Source: Dicyema japonicum (taxonomy: Eukaryota; Animalia; Dicyemida). Taken from it: a stretch of DNA of 64,000 bases. The DNA is taken from the NCBI GenBank assembly GCA_011109175.1, contig RDEW01000002.1, positions 545,808 through 609,807 of the forward strand, read 5' to 3'. Both the position numbers and the translations under genes were made by a program. A model generated the notes under the pieces. That model made no database searches. It was not told the origin of the DNA and worked only from the letters and a program-made list of their open reading frames with translations. Below, in pieces: positions 1 through 13,530 of this stretch (position 1 is the first letter of the stretch; every line of letters begins with the position of its first letter).

Positions 1-329
1 TTTTTATATAATTTAGAATTATACCTCGCGCCACCAGAGCTGGTGAACCACATGACGCACGCTAATAATTCAAGCCTCCAGAGCCAAAGGGAAGAGGAAC
101 AGAAGAAACAAAATCTTCAAATTGGCACATCACATACGTGGCATTCTAGGCCTTAATTAGACGTTAAGCTCTTTCCTGTATTTCTGGGATTATAATTTAA
201 TCTCAATTAGACTGATTAACTTGTAACATCTTTTTTGCTATATTTTTACCCCTTCCGCCAAGGAGTAGTAATATTTCCATTACTAAAACTTCCGCTTAGT
301 TAAGAACACATCCGCGTTACCCATAAACG

Positions 330-900
330 TATGAATACTTAGGGTTCCGCTTGTTCCGTGCTCTTCACTATCCGTTCTACCAGTTTCTCCATGCAACTTT
401 TTTCCTCACTCTCTTCCGCAGTTCATTTAGGTATCAGCCGTTCCAATATGAACATAATCTTTTCCCAGAGAGACAGAAAGCGTAGTTCTCTGTCGTCCGC
501 GAAAGCCCCCAGTTACATTTTAATTGGAAAAATCTTCCATGAGTAACATCTAAAGACTTCAGAGACGTATTGACGTCTGCCCTGATGATCTTCATTATCG
601 ATTACTTACTTCGGTGATAATAGCTGAGCCTGTAGTCCTACTTCAGTTGTGTATTTCTTCAATTATTTCAATGGGAAGGTCTTATGGATTCATGTACTAA
701 AAACTGACAAGACACCACTTATCACTCCACGACCAATTAACCCATCTTATAAACCTCTAGTTGGTTGCATAAGAGGATGCGTCAAGGCCCGCACTCCCGA
801 TGGCTCTTTTGAGCACAGTAGATATTTCGATCTACTTCCAAGCGTCTCAATTACTTCTCGTGTAACTTGGTAACTATTTCATCAAACTTTATCAGATATA
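330..900 (-). mobile_element. Possible highly decayed non-LTR reverse transcriptase remnant
   Basis: Minus-strand translation near 500-530 gives LGAFADD (YADD-like); the rest is broken by stops. Boundaries approximate. Confidence 0.25.
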
Positions 901-1483
901 AAATAACGTGGACTTTGTGCATTATCAAAAGTACTTCCGTTTCTTCATCACCTCTACTGCTTGGAAATACTCTGCAAGTAATCTCCACATATATGGTGGT
1001 TTTATCCCTCCCTGACTTATTGTGCTGGTCTTGATTTCTCCCATTTTTAACTTAAATTTACTAAGAAAATCGATTTAAGTAAACAAAATTTTAAATGTTA
1101 GATAAATGTTTGCATAATCTATTGATATAAGGTGATCTTGTTGAAGTGGGTTTTTGAGACCGAGAGAGATTAGTACAATTAAAAATGAACGACTAGACCT
1201 ATTCTAAGGAAAGATTTATTTTTTCATATTCAAAAGAGTTATCGAAATTTGCAGTCAACAATATTTTTATTTTTTAAAACTAGGACATTTAAATACATTA
1301 TTTAAATTTTAAAATTATATTAAATATTCAATTTAAATAATAAATAATGTAATTAAAAAATAAATTAATTTAAATTTAAATTTAGCAGACATTAAACAAG
1401 TTGTTATTTTGTGATGCCTATTATTAATTAAGCTAAATGTCGTAAATGTTTAAATTCTAGTCAATATTATATTTTTACTTTTA

Positions 1484-2035
1484 GTGGAGAGAAAGAATAG
1501 CAAGTCATTCCAACTGGGGATTCGCATACAGAAAAAAATGGCTTCAAAATTGGCCAACTCCCGAAAAATGACTGATAATTTTATTGACAAGGACACGGCA
1601 GAATTACTGGATTCGACGAGCTCTTTGTTTGCTTATTCTTACGACTCGAAATTTGCCGATTCTCTGCTCAAGGACTTGATGAAACTGATTATTAAAATCG
1701 GGATCATATACAGGTCTGATCTTCTGAGTGAATCCGACTATGATGCTTTGGAACTTTGCCGAATAAACATCGATAAGACTGTGAAGACCTGCTCAGGATT
1801 TCTTTCGATTGACTATACTTATAATTACGAGTTCCTAGTAGATCTCTTCCAGGAGATCGAGGGAAGTTTTTCTTGCATAATTGAACGTCATTTGTCCAAG
1901 AAAAGCAAGGAAAAGTTAACCAAAGTATTCAATTCCCTGAAGCAAGAAAAATTCCTCGATAAATGTTTTGATCATTCTGAGAAGACCAGGGAGCTGTTTG
2001 TAGATGTTGTAGCCAAAATAAAAAAATTGATTTAA
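1484..2035 (+). CDS. TNFAIP8: TNFAIP8/TIPE family protein (last or main exon; true start uncertain)
   Basis: NSKSFQLGIRIQKKMASK...IDKDTAELLD...KLIIKIGIIYR...DYTYN...IIERHLSKKSKEKLTKVF follows the TNFAIP8 pattern (FNSK..A.QAQKK...LIDD...IKLAILYR...DYTFD...IIQRHLT.KS). The ORF begins at a T-rich AG acceptor-like site, so the GTG start is probably not real. Confidence 0.75.
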   Translation: MERKNSKSFQLGIRIQKKMASKLANSRKMTDNFIDKDTAELLDSTSSLFAYSYDSKFADSLLKDLMKLIIKIGIIYRSDLLSESDYDALELCRINIDKTVKTCSGFLSIDYTYNYEFLVDLFQEIEGSFSCIIERHLSKKSKEKLTKVFNSLKQEKFLDKCFDHSEKTRELFVDVVAKIKKLI

Positions 2036-2090
2036 TTTTTTCTTACTTAAAAAAGATTTGTTAATTACTTGCCACAAAGCAGCGAATAGT

Positions 2091-2373
2091 TATAATCCTT
2101 TATGTGGTCTCCCATTCTGCTGTGGTGGTTCATGCTATAACCTGTCACATGGATGGTCTCCATTCTGCTGTGGTGGTCACTGCTATAACCTGTCACATGG
2201 ATGGTCTCCATTCTGCTGTGGCGGTCACTGCCATTATCTCTCACATGAATAGTCTCCCATTCTGATGTAGTCGCAAGTGCAATAATCTGTTACATGGTTT
2301 CCCTTTCTCGTGTGGTGGTCACTGCCAAAATCTGTTACATGGTCTCCCAATCTGCTGTGGTGGTCACTGTTGA
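2091..2373 (+). repeat. Six tandem 45-49 nt units encoding a (Y/N)NL(S/L)HG..P(F/I)CCGGHC-type peptide repeat
   Basis: Units start at 2091, 2136, 2184, 2232, 2281 and 2326, and TGA follows at 2371. Unit 4 carries a frameshift and stops. Confidence 0.85.
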
Positions 2374-2999
2374 CTATTTAATTATTTATTCGGAAGTGAT
2401 TTGTTTTGCATCATCATAACCCAATTGATTTAATGAGAGAATAGTTCTGAGAGTTAATGAGGTTTATAGCCTAGTTTAAGGTTTGCTTTGAAATTTACTT
2501 GGTTCTAGTCAAATTCGGTTATCAACCCAAGCTTCAAGGGGAACATAATTACTATAGAACTGGGCATTACTCACCAAGAACGTTTGCAAACAGCTGAACT
2601 GTGCTCAAGAGAACCCTTGGGGGCATGCCCTTTGACGCACGTCATACAAATTCTCTTGTGCATTTTACGTCAAGGCGATAATAGTAGGGTCGAACAAAAT
2701 CTTCGTTGGGGGTGGAAGCGAAAATAAGTGAAAAAAATGAGTTAGTATGGATAGTCTTTTATTTTCAATAATAAAAGGTTTTAAGGTAAATTGAGCCTAT
2801 AAATAGAATCAAAATATTATATATCTAAAATTACCCTTTACGTTATACTTGAGTGGTGTCATGTGATTTAGACCAGAATAAAGACTGGGGTAAGGCTGGT
2901 GATGAGTATAATTTTATTTATTTTTTATTTAATAACCCCGAGAAGAGAACACCAGCTGATTCCATATAAGGAGCAGCATCTGAAATGAGTAAATATAAT

Positions 3000-3300
3000 T
3001 CCTTCTTTCAACATTAACTTTGATAATAACATCACCAATATATAAATCAATTGGAATACAATCAATTACATTTATGAGGATCTTTAATGTTCCAACGAGA
3101 CAATTAACATATTTATCTCTACCTACGTCAGTTTCGTCGATCATTAATATACTGTACCCATTTGAAATTGTTTCAATACTTTTTCAAACGTTCAGTGAAA
3201 AACTTTACAATATCACGGCATTTGGGATCCAAATAGTGGGTACTATACTGCACCAGTTACCATAGTTTTTGTCTTGTGCAATGTCAATGACGTTTTTAGA
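3000..3300 (-). mobile_element. Possible hAT-related (CGGBP1-like) transposase remnant
   Basis: Minus-strand YSILMIDETDVGRDKYVNCLVGTL resembles the remembered motif YIWxSIDETTDxxGRYVANxIIGTL. Frames are broken and no TIRs were found. Confidence 0.3.
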
Positions 3301-4023
3301 CAAAATTAAAAATCTTTTTTTTTCCTCCGAAAAGGGGGACCGATGTCAAAGTCTCCTATATTTGTCCCTTACAACGTCAGTCTCACAGTGATTTAGAGTG
3401 ATAAGTAGGGCAAGTTGTTTCTAGCACTCAAAAGAATTTATTAGCGCTAAAAATTATTAAATCTAGCACTTATAAGAAAAATTGCCTAGAGGTACTATAA
3501 TTGCGCCCTAATTGGTAATAATCGCCCTAATTTGGTCGTGTCAGGGATATTGCCGAGAACTGTATTTTCATATTAGCTGAGACATTAAGTTTATCTCTAG
3601 ATTTTGTTTTGGCAGACTCAGGAATGAGAGTTTTAAGTCACTGTACGTTGTCGGTAATAACCTTTTGTAAGATTTCAGGATATTTTGAACTCTGATAAGA
3701 TCTCTTACTCCAATGGGAGCTAAATTGGTGGATTTCTTTAACATTACATGAATTTTGAATAAAGCCGTTATCAAAAGAAAATATTAACCATGATGCTATA
3801 TATCATCGTTCAACCGGCTTCAAATCGTTGACTATCACTAAAGGTAAGTTTAAAGTATGGGGTCACACAATTTATTTCTATCCGAATTGAAGTAATCTTG
3901 CATAGCACTGTATGCAGTGGTTTTACTTGATTATATTGCAGAAAATAAGCAAAAGACGAGATTTCACTTTGAGGAAATAATTATTTATTTAACAAACAAT
4001 AAAAAAGTTAATATATTTAATAA

Positions 4024-4344
4024 TCAACAACCTTCCTCGCCTGCCTGTTTGCCAGCCTCCTCAGGCAGGTTCGATTCTGGTTGCTGAAACAACTCCGAGA
4101 GCGCCTTGTCCAATTGAACCCTCTGCCCATATGGCATCTCAGGGCTCTGCCTCCTATACTCCAGTGTCAGGCTCTCTAGGGTCCGCTTTAACACAATGGA
4201 CTGTAGATAGGCCTGGAGCTTCCTATCTACCCCCAACTGCTTTAGACAACCCTTGTGGTACTTTGTTGCAATTCCTTCCAACGTCATTACTATAGGAATA
4301 ACGAAAACCTTGAACCAAGCATCAGCAAATTTTAACAAAGACAA
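4024..4344 (-). mobile_element. 3' fragment of an RLE-type non-LTR element (R4/Dong or NeSL-like)
   Basis: VFVIPIVMTLEGIATKYHKGCLKQLGV...LQAYLQSIVLKRTLESL matches the C-terminal end of restriction-like endonuclease domains (V.IIP.V.+W.G...K). Confidence 0.55.
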
Positions 4345-4410
4345 CTAAAAATTTAATAAGAATAATTTTTCTATAATAAAGAAGACTTATTTTATAAAAT
4401 TTATAAATAA

Positions 4411-5755
4411 TTAGGACGACAGAATGGCGTAGGCGGTACCACTGATAATCGCCATTTCGATCCTCTCTTTTAACCAGAGTCCCTTTCGTGGCTCGCACCT
4501 TTTTGAGGCGAGTTTGCTGCCAATGCTGTGGAGAAAGGCGTCCGTCTTCGCTCCCACGGTTCCAGTTGTCTCCACATCAATGGGGGCGAAATGGTAATAA
4601 TCTCCGAGGGATTCGTACTTACGGATCTTTTTGGCCTCCACCTGGTCGGCAGCGTCTCCAGGAGAGTGCGTCGCCGTCAGCGACATGAGAAGGTGTCCAC
4701 ACACGTTGCGTCCCAGACGAGTGATTTTCCGTGGGAGTATGGGAATAACGTCATGCCATTCGGCCTCTTCCCGTCGCCTCTGTCTAAGCCCAAAGGTTCC
4801 AATGGGGCCGGAAATTCCACGGCCTTGAGGGCTGCGTGACTCGGGGCTCGACCAAGAGAGTGGATGTAAGCCTTTCGTATCAACGTCCCCGCCGCAACGG
4901 CATTTGTGTCTCTGGCATATGTCCAGTCCTAGGCGCAGTGCCACCACGATCCTCAGGATGTTTTCGTCAAGGAGAGTCCCCAAATGTGAGCACGGTAGGG
5001 CCTCAAGACAGACTCCATTTCCGCGATGTGCGGCCGACTTAATGCTTGCTAGTCGGTGTTGGTTGGCGCTTGTCTTCGCGGCCTCCAGAGTAAGGCAGTT
5101 TTCCAGCTCGTCGTTTCCGAGAGGGCAGCCGAGGAAGTGTGCCTTGTCCAAGGAGAATATGCTGAAACCTGGAAGTAAGGATCTGAATTCTTGGCAGGCA
5201 GTAAAATAGCTTGGAGATGAGCAGAAAATATTGATCAGTTTCAATTTCAACACATTGACACTTAAACCCAATTGGTTTAGAACTGGAATGGTTGAAAAAA
5301 TATCCTGATTTACGTCCTCCCATGGACCAGCTATTGTGGCGTCGTCCAAGTACCACGGGTTGAGTTCGCTGTTTATGTTTCGTGCCACTGTGTCAATTGT
5401 CATTGCAAAAAGCAAAGGCCCTAGAGGGTCTCCCTGCTGAACGCCTGTGCGTGAGTAAACGATATCGCTTCCGTATACTAAGGCTGAGTCCGTACCAAAC
5501 GATAAGTGTACTAGTCGGCCAATCTCTGGAGCTCTCTTCCAACAGGTTTTTAAAGTACAGTCTCTCCTCAGCGAGTTGAAGGCATTTGATATATCAAGCT
5601 TCAGGCCTAGCCTTTGGGTCTGGGAATTATTGTTGTTGAAGTAACTCATCACAGCGTGGACTGATGCCTCGCAATTACCGGTCACTCCCACCCCAAGTTG
5701 AGTCGGGAACAGCTCTTCAGCAATATTGTGGGAGACTCTCCGGGCAACGATTTTA
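4411..5755 (-). mobile_element. CRE-clade-like non-LTR retrotransposon (RT + Zn finger + RLE), frameshifted, running into the gap
   Basis: RT motifs LKLDISNAFNSL, GVQQGDPLGPLLF, WYLDDATI; Zn finger CQRHKCRCG...H; [33 protein letters not shown] (in an alternate frame), EAKKIRKY, FAPIDVETTG; ends WLKERIEMAIISGTAYAIL. Confidence 0.85.
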
Positions 5756-6077
5756 NNNNNNNNNNNNNNNNNNNNNNNNNNNNNNNNNNNNNNNNNNNNN
5801 NNNNNNNNNNNNNNNNNNNNNNNNNNNNNNNNNNNNNNNNNNNNNNNNNNNNNNNNNNNNNNNNNNNNNNNNNNNNNNNNNNNNNNNNNNNNNNNNNNNN
5901 NNNNNNNNNNNNNNNNNNNNNNNNNNNNNNNNNNNNNNNNNNNNNNNNNNNNNNNNNNNNNNNNNNNNNNNNNNNNNNNNNNNNNNNNNNNNNNNNNNNN
6001 NNNNNNNNNNNNNNNNNNNNNNNNNNNNNNNNNNNNNNNNNNNNNNNNNNNNNNNNNNNNNNNNNNNNNNNNNNNNN
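5756..6077. other. Assembly gap (322 N)
   Basis: Run of N. Confidence 0.99.
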
Positions 6078-7196
<1,119 letters not shown>

Positions 7197-7699
7197 TAAC
7201 AATGTTTTCCTTTGTTTTAATATTTTTGTTTGCAATCATCCTTTAACCAAGTTCATTATTAAAATGCAAAATTATATGATTATAAAAGTTTTCAAATTTA
7301 AAATCTCTCTTTTCATGCAACAAAATAGAAATACTCTTTCCACAACCAAAACAATATATAAACTTTGTTTCTCACGATATAAAGACCAAAAACTACTGGA
7401 GAGGCCACAGAGTTTCGTAGACGCCATCGGTTCTGAGTGTGTCCAGACGTCCCAGGTTTTTGAGGTAAGACAAAATTCTCTGTTTTTTGTTTCAATTGTC
7501 TTACAACAATCCCACAAATTAAAAAATAATCTGCAGTGATTGGGATTACATTGGTGGATCTCCCATTTCAAAAATATCTTTTCTTGATTTTTTCTGTAAT
7601 AAGAAACCTTTATTTGCATATTCACGATGCTATTATGCATGACAAAGCGTGTACAACATGAGAAACCAAAAGATTAGTTAATTTTCCTGCTTTTGCATC

Positions 7700-9180
7700 T
7701 TCAGTACCAGATCACGAACCCGTCGAGGTTCTCATTTCTGAGACGTCCCCTGATTCCTCTAAGGAGTTCATTCAAGATTACCGGAAGGTAATCCTAGGTT
7801 TCTTTTCGAAGTGAAGTAGTCCAATTTTGGCAGGCTTTCCAGATCCATTCTAAAGACATGACAAAAAATCTCCATCTAGATTCCACTATTTTCCTCAAAT
7901 CGTGTTGCTTCCCGTCTATCTTTAAATTATAGCTGAAATATGTCTAATGTGGTTCTAGGGAATGTGGTTCTGGTCTCTATGTAAGAACTTTAGCTTTTCC
8001 AAGTCTTTTTTTGTTCATATCAAGGTACCTGCGTTGTATAGGGGTGCAGGCTTTACGATTGCATTATAGTCAAAATTTATGCTCACCTCAGATCCTTAAT
8101 AAGAAAAAGGTTTTTTATCTTGTACAGGGCGTCATTAGTCAAAGTTTTTCTTATTATAATGTCTTTATGATCCCCAATCAGGTCCCTTTGAATGATTTCT
8201 TGTGTTTTCGATATATCATTTATCGTCAGGGAGTCCGTTTGCGATAACAATAGATTTTTTCTTATGCACGTTAGTTGAGTTGACAGCCAATAGGGCTTCT
8301 TTTATTTAGATCTCCACAGATGATGCTATTATTGAAGGTAACCAGTCTTGATAGGTTTGGCATTATATAGCTCCTCGGCCTCCATCTCTTCTATCTTTCT
8401 GGTCCATCTTAATTGCCTTGTATTCAGGTAATGAATTAGTAAGATAATTCCAAATGAGTTTAGTCTCATGAATCATAGTCACATCAATCTTCTGACTTGC
8501 CAGGAGTGAGCAGAGATCCCTGATTCTTCTTTTAATTCCGTTGATATTGAATTGAAAAAAATTAAAGTGACTTTCTCTTCAGTTGGCTGAGGATTTCCTC
8601 CGGGAATGTGTGTCTTTCCCGGAACGCATAGCTCAGAGACATGAATGTCTCGGGAGGAGAGGGTTTAATTGTCTTTTTCAGTGGTGGGCATTAGGTGCCA
8701 CTTAATCGTTTCCAAATCTTGTCGAGCCGGTGCACTACCGCCACGCTATATAAAATTACGCTGAATGTAAGTTGAAATGAATGAAAAATTCCAAAGACAG
8801 CAGTAACACCAAACTAATTATTCACGTGATCCGGTACGCTCCAACAGAGACCTCAACCTGACATGATCTTCCACTCTCGAGCCTTCCATACTCTTGAGAT
8901 GATTTTCAGAACATTAACTTTTTTTCACATTCGATGATCACGTTTTCGATATGCGCTCTGTTTTGAACCCGTACTGAAATGACATGTCTGGTAGAACATC
9001 CTTAATTTTTGAAAGGACTGTCTTTATATCTTCCAGGTTTCAGAATTGGTCGTGTATTAGCAATTTTCCAAATAGCTGATATGACATTTTTGTTAATATG
9101 TTGAACAGTCTTTTTTGGACGTAAATGACTAATGTTAGCAGTTTTTTCAGTAAAATAATGGGAATTTTATCAGGACCGTA
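7700..9180 (-). mobile_element. Decayed APE-type LINE debris (endonuclease about 8000-8600, deleted RT and 3' end about 8800-9180)
   Basis: QFNINGIKRRIRDLCSLLASQKIDVTMIHETKL (APE N-terminus); WKIANTRPILKPG and FQYGFK (RT); GGATCACGTGA..AATTAGTT 3' motif near 8820. Confidence 0.7.
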
Positions 9181-10899
9181 GGAGCAGGAGCGTGCCCAGA
9201 GGGGACCATAGGGGCAGTCGCCCCGGGCAGCACGCTGTAGTGGTGTAGCAGATCCAAGCCATAGAGTTCACATTATTAAGCTATACTCACTTTTTTGTGA
9301 AAAAGAAGGAAGATCACTTTCTAAGTATTGGTTTGAAACTTTGTCAAGCAATAGCGAGCGATTGCATAGAAAATGGCTAATTGAGCTAGTCTGGGATGTT
9401 TCTCCAACTTTATGCATTGCATATCATTTATTCCTCACAGTTGGCTAGATCATCTAAGTTGAAATCTTGGTTATCTATCTTTTTGGCGGTACTTGAATTT
9501 GTTTAATGGCCGACCAAATTTATTTTCAGTCTGCTACAAAATTCTGGCCAATTTGCGAGGCTGAGTGTATTGTAAAATCTATGAAAGATAGTCGTATTAG
9601 AATGCCACTTTAATTATCGATTGATATATCAATAAATGAATACATTTAGTATTTAATGGTAAAGAGATAATCGAGAGAAAACATAATCAAAGAGTTAAAA
9701 CATTGTAAGAGGAATTCATTTGCCATTTAACCGCCATGTGAAGATGACGACTCAGTTTGGGAAAATTCTAAAGCTAATTATAATAGAGATAATCAAGCAA
9801 TTGAGGTGTATTATCACTAGCTCTTTTTCCCTGATAAGAGAGTTACCCAAGGTACGGCAATTAGTGGTTTTTTGATTAATAATTATAAGATGGTCGTTCT
9901 TTATATTGTGGTTTTTAATTTCCGTTTAATGAATTTTCGTAAAATTGACTGTTTTGTTGGTGTGCTTGTGTTTCTCAATTCTGCTGTGTTTTTGGTTGGG
10001 TTTGAAGTTACTTTAGTTTCTTTCGGGGGTGTCTTTGTACTTTTTGAGTCAAACTGTGAGAAATTACAACGTGGAATGCAACAGAAAAGCTAAAATTAGG
10101 ACTTTCTTTGCCATATTTATGACTATTGCATTTGCCTGCTTTGCTGTGGCAGTTAATGGGTTATGTATTCTATCTAAAAAGTCAAAATCACACAGAATTA
10201 TTGTTGGTGGCTTTACTAATCATTTAGTTGGGACTCTTCTCAATTCTTTTGATAATCACCATGCTTTACATTGTAGGAAATTTTCAGAAATATAGGTAAT
10301 TTAGTTAATAACTATAGATTTGAGACTGTGAGAGGTAATGAGTCAGATTATATGAAAGTGTGCTCTTTAGTTATATACATAAGAAATAATGTAGTTAGTT
10401 GTATAAATTTAGTTTAAATGCGATCCCTTTGAATGTCTCCTTCCAGGAAAGTGCTCGTATTCTCCATTGGTAGTGATAATATTACATTACAGAACAAAAC
10501 ATGCATTAATAAAATGGAAATATTCAAAAAGGAACAAAAAATTAGCGTTTTCTGTGCTTTAATTATTATTTCTATTATAATGCTTATTTGTGTGGTTATG
10601 CTCCCGTTTTCAGGAAAAGATCGATCAAATTGTTATTCTTCTAATCTGCTTTACTAATTTGTTTTAATTAATTTTTTTCGTTTTTTAATCAAAAACAATT
10701 TATTACGTAACAACACAATCAAAATAATCCAGAATGGAATGGCTGTTTCCCCTGACAACTGCCAGGGAATTCTAATTAATCGATTTTGTATAAATATGCC
10801 ATGATTTGAATTACTCTTCACTGAATGCCTTTTTATCGATGAAGTGGATTCAACCCTCCCTTTGTGCCTTTTATTTATTTTTGAAACTCCAAGACCATC

Positions 10900-11140
10900 A
10901 AAAAAGCCAACTAATTAAGTGATCCCATCTTAGTAACTCCCAGACATTCTTGAAAGGTTAGCCACCTATTCCATTTCTTTCCGGAAATGTAGCCTCAAAT
11001 TTTTACGGAGAAACACGGTATCTTTTTTCAGGTTCTTCTCATATTTAATCTTTCCACAAATCGGTTTCCTAATTTTTTACAGGAAACCTCGATTAATACA
11101 AGAGTCGTCCGTGAGTGAGTTTTTTCCCTTGAATCCTCCA
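10900..11140 (-). mobile_element. LINE 3'-end remnant (CR1-like)
   Basis: Ends in the recurrent GGATCACTTAATTAGTT motif; the coding part is degenerate. Confidence 0.35.
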
Positions 11141-11331
11141 TCTTGGAAACAGATCCTAATTGACTCGTGGTAGTCAGGCCGGATCTAAAGCTATGCTAGA
11201 TCCGAGAGCTGCAATTATCCCTCCTAGAGAAGACTAGGAGAACTGCAATTAAGCTCTCCTTAAACAAGAAACTGAAAGAGGACGAAAACAAACTCTTAGA
11301 ACCGACTAGCAGGATTGTGGAAGATCGGATC

Positions 11332-11538
11332 AATGGTTTCAGGAGGAGATCAAAGATCCAGGACACGTATATAAAGCTGGGAGAAACGTCCTGAAAAAAA
11401 ATTAATAAAAAAGGAGGAAGTGTCCAGGTTTGGAAGATCGTCTAAGGAGGAGATCAAAGATCCAGGACACGTATATAAAGCTGGGAGAAACGTCCTGAAA
11501 AAAAATTAATAAAAAGGAGGAAGTGTCCAGGTTTGGAG
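11332..11538 (+). repeat. Tandem duplication, period 104 bp
   Basis: aggaggagatcaaagatccaggacacgtatataaagctgggagaaacgtcctgaaaa...gtgtccaggtttgga starts at 11341 and at 11445. Confidence 0.95.
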
Positions 11539-11829
11539 TCTAAGCCCTATAGTAACTCAGATGTAATACCAATGTAATACCCTCCAGAAACTCCTTAACT
11601 TTTTTGTTAATAAATCGCTTTTGTTTTTGCATTGGCAGAACAGCGAAGATTAGAGCCTGAACAAGACTCTTCAGCACTTTAGATATATTGCATGTTATAA
11701 AGACAGGTAGGAAGTTATGACTTTCCCAAATTAATTGAGAGATTCTGAATTAAACGGAAGTAAATACTTTATCTGTCCTCTTCTTTTTGATGAGTTCTGT
11801 ACTATGATGAGAGACAGAATGCTCGAGGG

Positions 11830-12090
11830 CAGTTTGAATGCAGCTATGTCTGACCATGTCTGATAATTTATCAGTTATGCTTAGTCAAATTATTTTCTTC
11901 CTCCGATGGCGTCATTGGACCTACCTTACTGAGGAGACGCCCAATATCTGGCCGGGATCAAGAAGATCCAACTATTTTTTCCCAGGGGAAAATTTCGTTA
12001 CCTGGAGACAACTTCCGGAATCCTGGAACGAGTCAGGATCAAGGAGTTAGTTAGTTTGGTTAACTTTGGTCTTTGGAATAATTTTAATTT
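11830..12090 (+). mobile_element. CR1/L2-like LINE 3'-end remnant
   Basis: RSNYFFPGENFVTWRQLPES resembles the CR1/L2 terminal motif FFxxRVVxxWNxLP; its tail ttggtctttggaat is shared with 16130-16140. Confidence 0.45.
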
Positions 12091-12249
12091 AAGTTAGAAG
12101 GAAATTTTTCTTTTTACGTCGAAGTTGCGAGTTTTGGAGCGTATTTCTTTGATAATTCTTAAGTTTTTGAAGGTGCTAGCAGTTGAGGCACCGGCTTTTG
12201 CCGTTGACCGAACTACTAAATGTTTCTTTTTCATCTAACTACTCTTTGA

Positions 12250-12620
12250 TTGGACTCGTATGAGGGGATTTTTGATCTCATCGGACTTTCTCCTCCCAGT
12301 ATTATTTACAGAATCAGATGTGATGGCTGGAATATTCGTGGCGGCTTCAAATCGACTATTCATGCCACACGCTCCTTTGTGGCCTATTGTAAAAAGGAAA
12401 TGCCAATAATTTTTGTTAAACTAAATGTCTCCAACGTCTTCAATTGGGTGGGAAAGAATCATTTGCTTAAAATCGTTTTGATGAAAGCCCCAAATATTAC
12501 CTACATTGAAAATTTCTTGTACTGTTCTCCAACTCATCTTGTTATTGGTGATCTTATTAAATCATCGATCGGGACCCAACAAGGTGATCTACTGATCCTT
12601 TTTTGTTTTGGCGATTAATG
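12250..12620 (+). mobile_element. Decayed CRE-like RT fragment
   Basis: IHATRSF...VKLNVSNVFN...SSIGTQQGDLL parallels the element at 4411-5755. Confidence 0.65.
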
Positions 12621-13199
12621 AAGCTGCTCTGAATTCTCTAAATCACGATACAAGATCATGTCTTTTACACACTTGATGTTGCTATTTCTGATAAGTAACA
12701 TCTTTGGATATTGGGATCACCCATATCCGCAGTGACTATCTTTCATATTATGGATAAGAAACTATAGAGCCACTGCTAAATGCACGATTTTGTTGCTCAT
12801 AATGCCCTTTTCCTCGTAAAAAAATAATCTATTTCATTCGAGTTTAATATTTTTGTTACGTTCCTCTGCTTGTTACCTCTTTCCGTAAAACCTGGAAAAT
12901 TTCAACAAACTTATTGTCCAGTCTGTTAAAGATTTTGCGAATATCAAGTTCGATGATATCAGATTGATGCAAGCCTTCTCACACGTCAAATTTAGGGCAT
13001 CGGCTTAACCTCTGTTGTGAAAATTTCCTTGCCACACATTTATCATCCAGACTATTCTTCCAGAATGAGAAAATTGCTGCAGGATTGAGGGTTGGTTAGT
13101 AGGTTATTCTGATCTACAAAAATTAAGAAATTAGGTTAACATAAATTACAAGATCACTCACTCAATATGGTTTTTTGAAGCAGAAAAGGGCATTTATAG

Positions 13200-13530
13200 A
13201 GATCTCTCAGAAGATGTGAAAATAGGCATAAAAGCTGTCAAGAATAAAGAGCTCAACAATGATTGCATCAAAGCCAGGATGTTCAAAGAAGACCAGAAAT
13301 TATATTCTAAGTTCTCAAAAATATATTTGGAGCAAGAATGAAGAGTACTCATGTTCATAAAAATGAAAGAAAACGATTTTACTGATGGTTGCAAAGACAG
13401 GAAAACAGAAGGATCCAGTTAGCTACCGTCCAATCAGTCTGATTCTCTCTATTTTTAAAATAATGAAACAAATTGTTTTCCTGAGGTTTTCATATACTTT
13501 GGAAAAAACGACTATTTCAGGAGGGATCAA
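13200..13530 (+). mobile_element. LINE RT fragment
   Basis: KTGKQKDPVSYRPISLILSIFKIMKQIV. Confidence 0.65.

Noticed and set aside
1250-1400. Near-pure AT tracts (also about 18980-19070 and 46120-46200)
   Set aside because: They lie just upstream of genes and look like ordinary AT-rich promoter/intergenic DNA; no specific motif can be supported.
2091-2373. CRISPR-like regular repeats
   Set aside because: Units are contiguous with no unique spacers, there are no cas genes, and the context is eukaryotic.
9185-9750. hAT transposon end and transposase remnant
   Set aside because: The GC-rich ggggcagtcgccccggg patch and KHPRLAQLAIFL are suggestive, but no partner TIR or TSD was found and the similarity is too weak.
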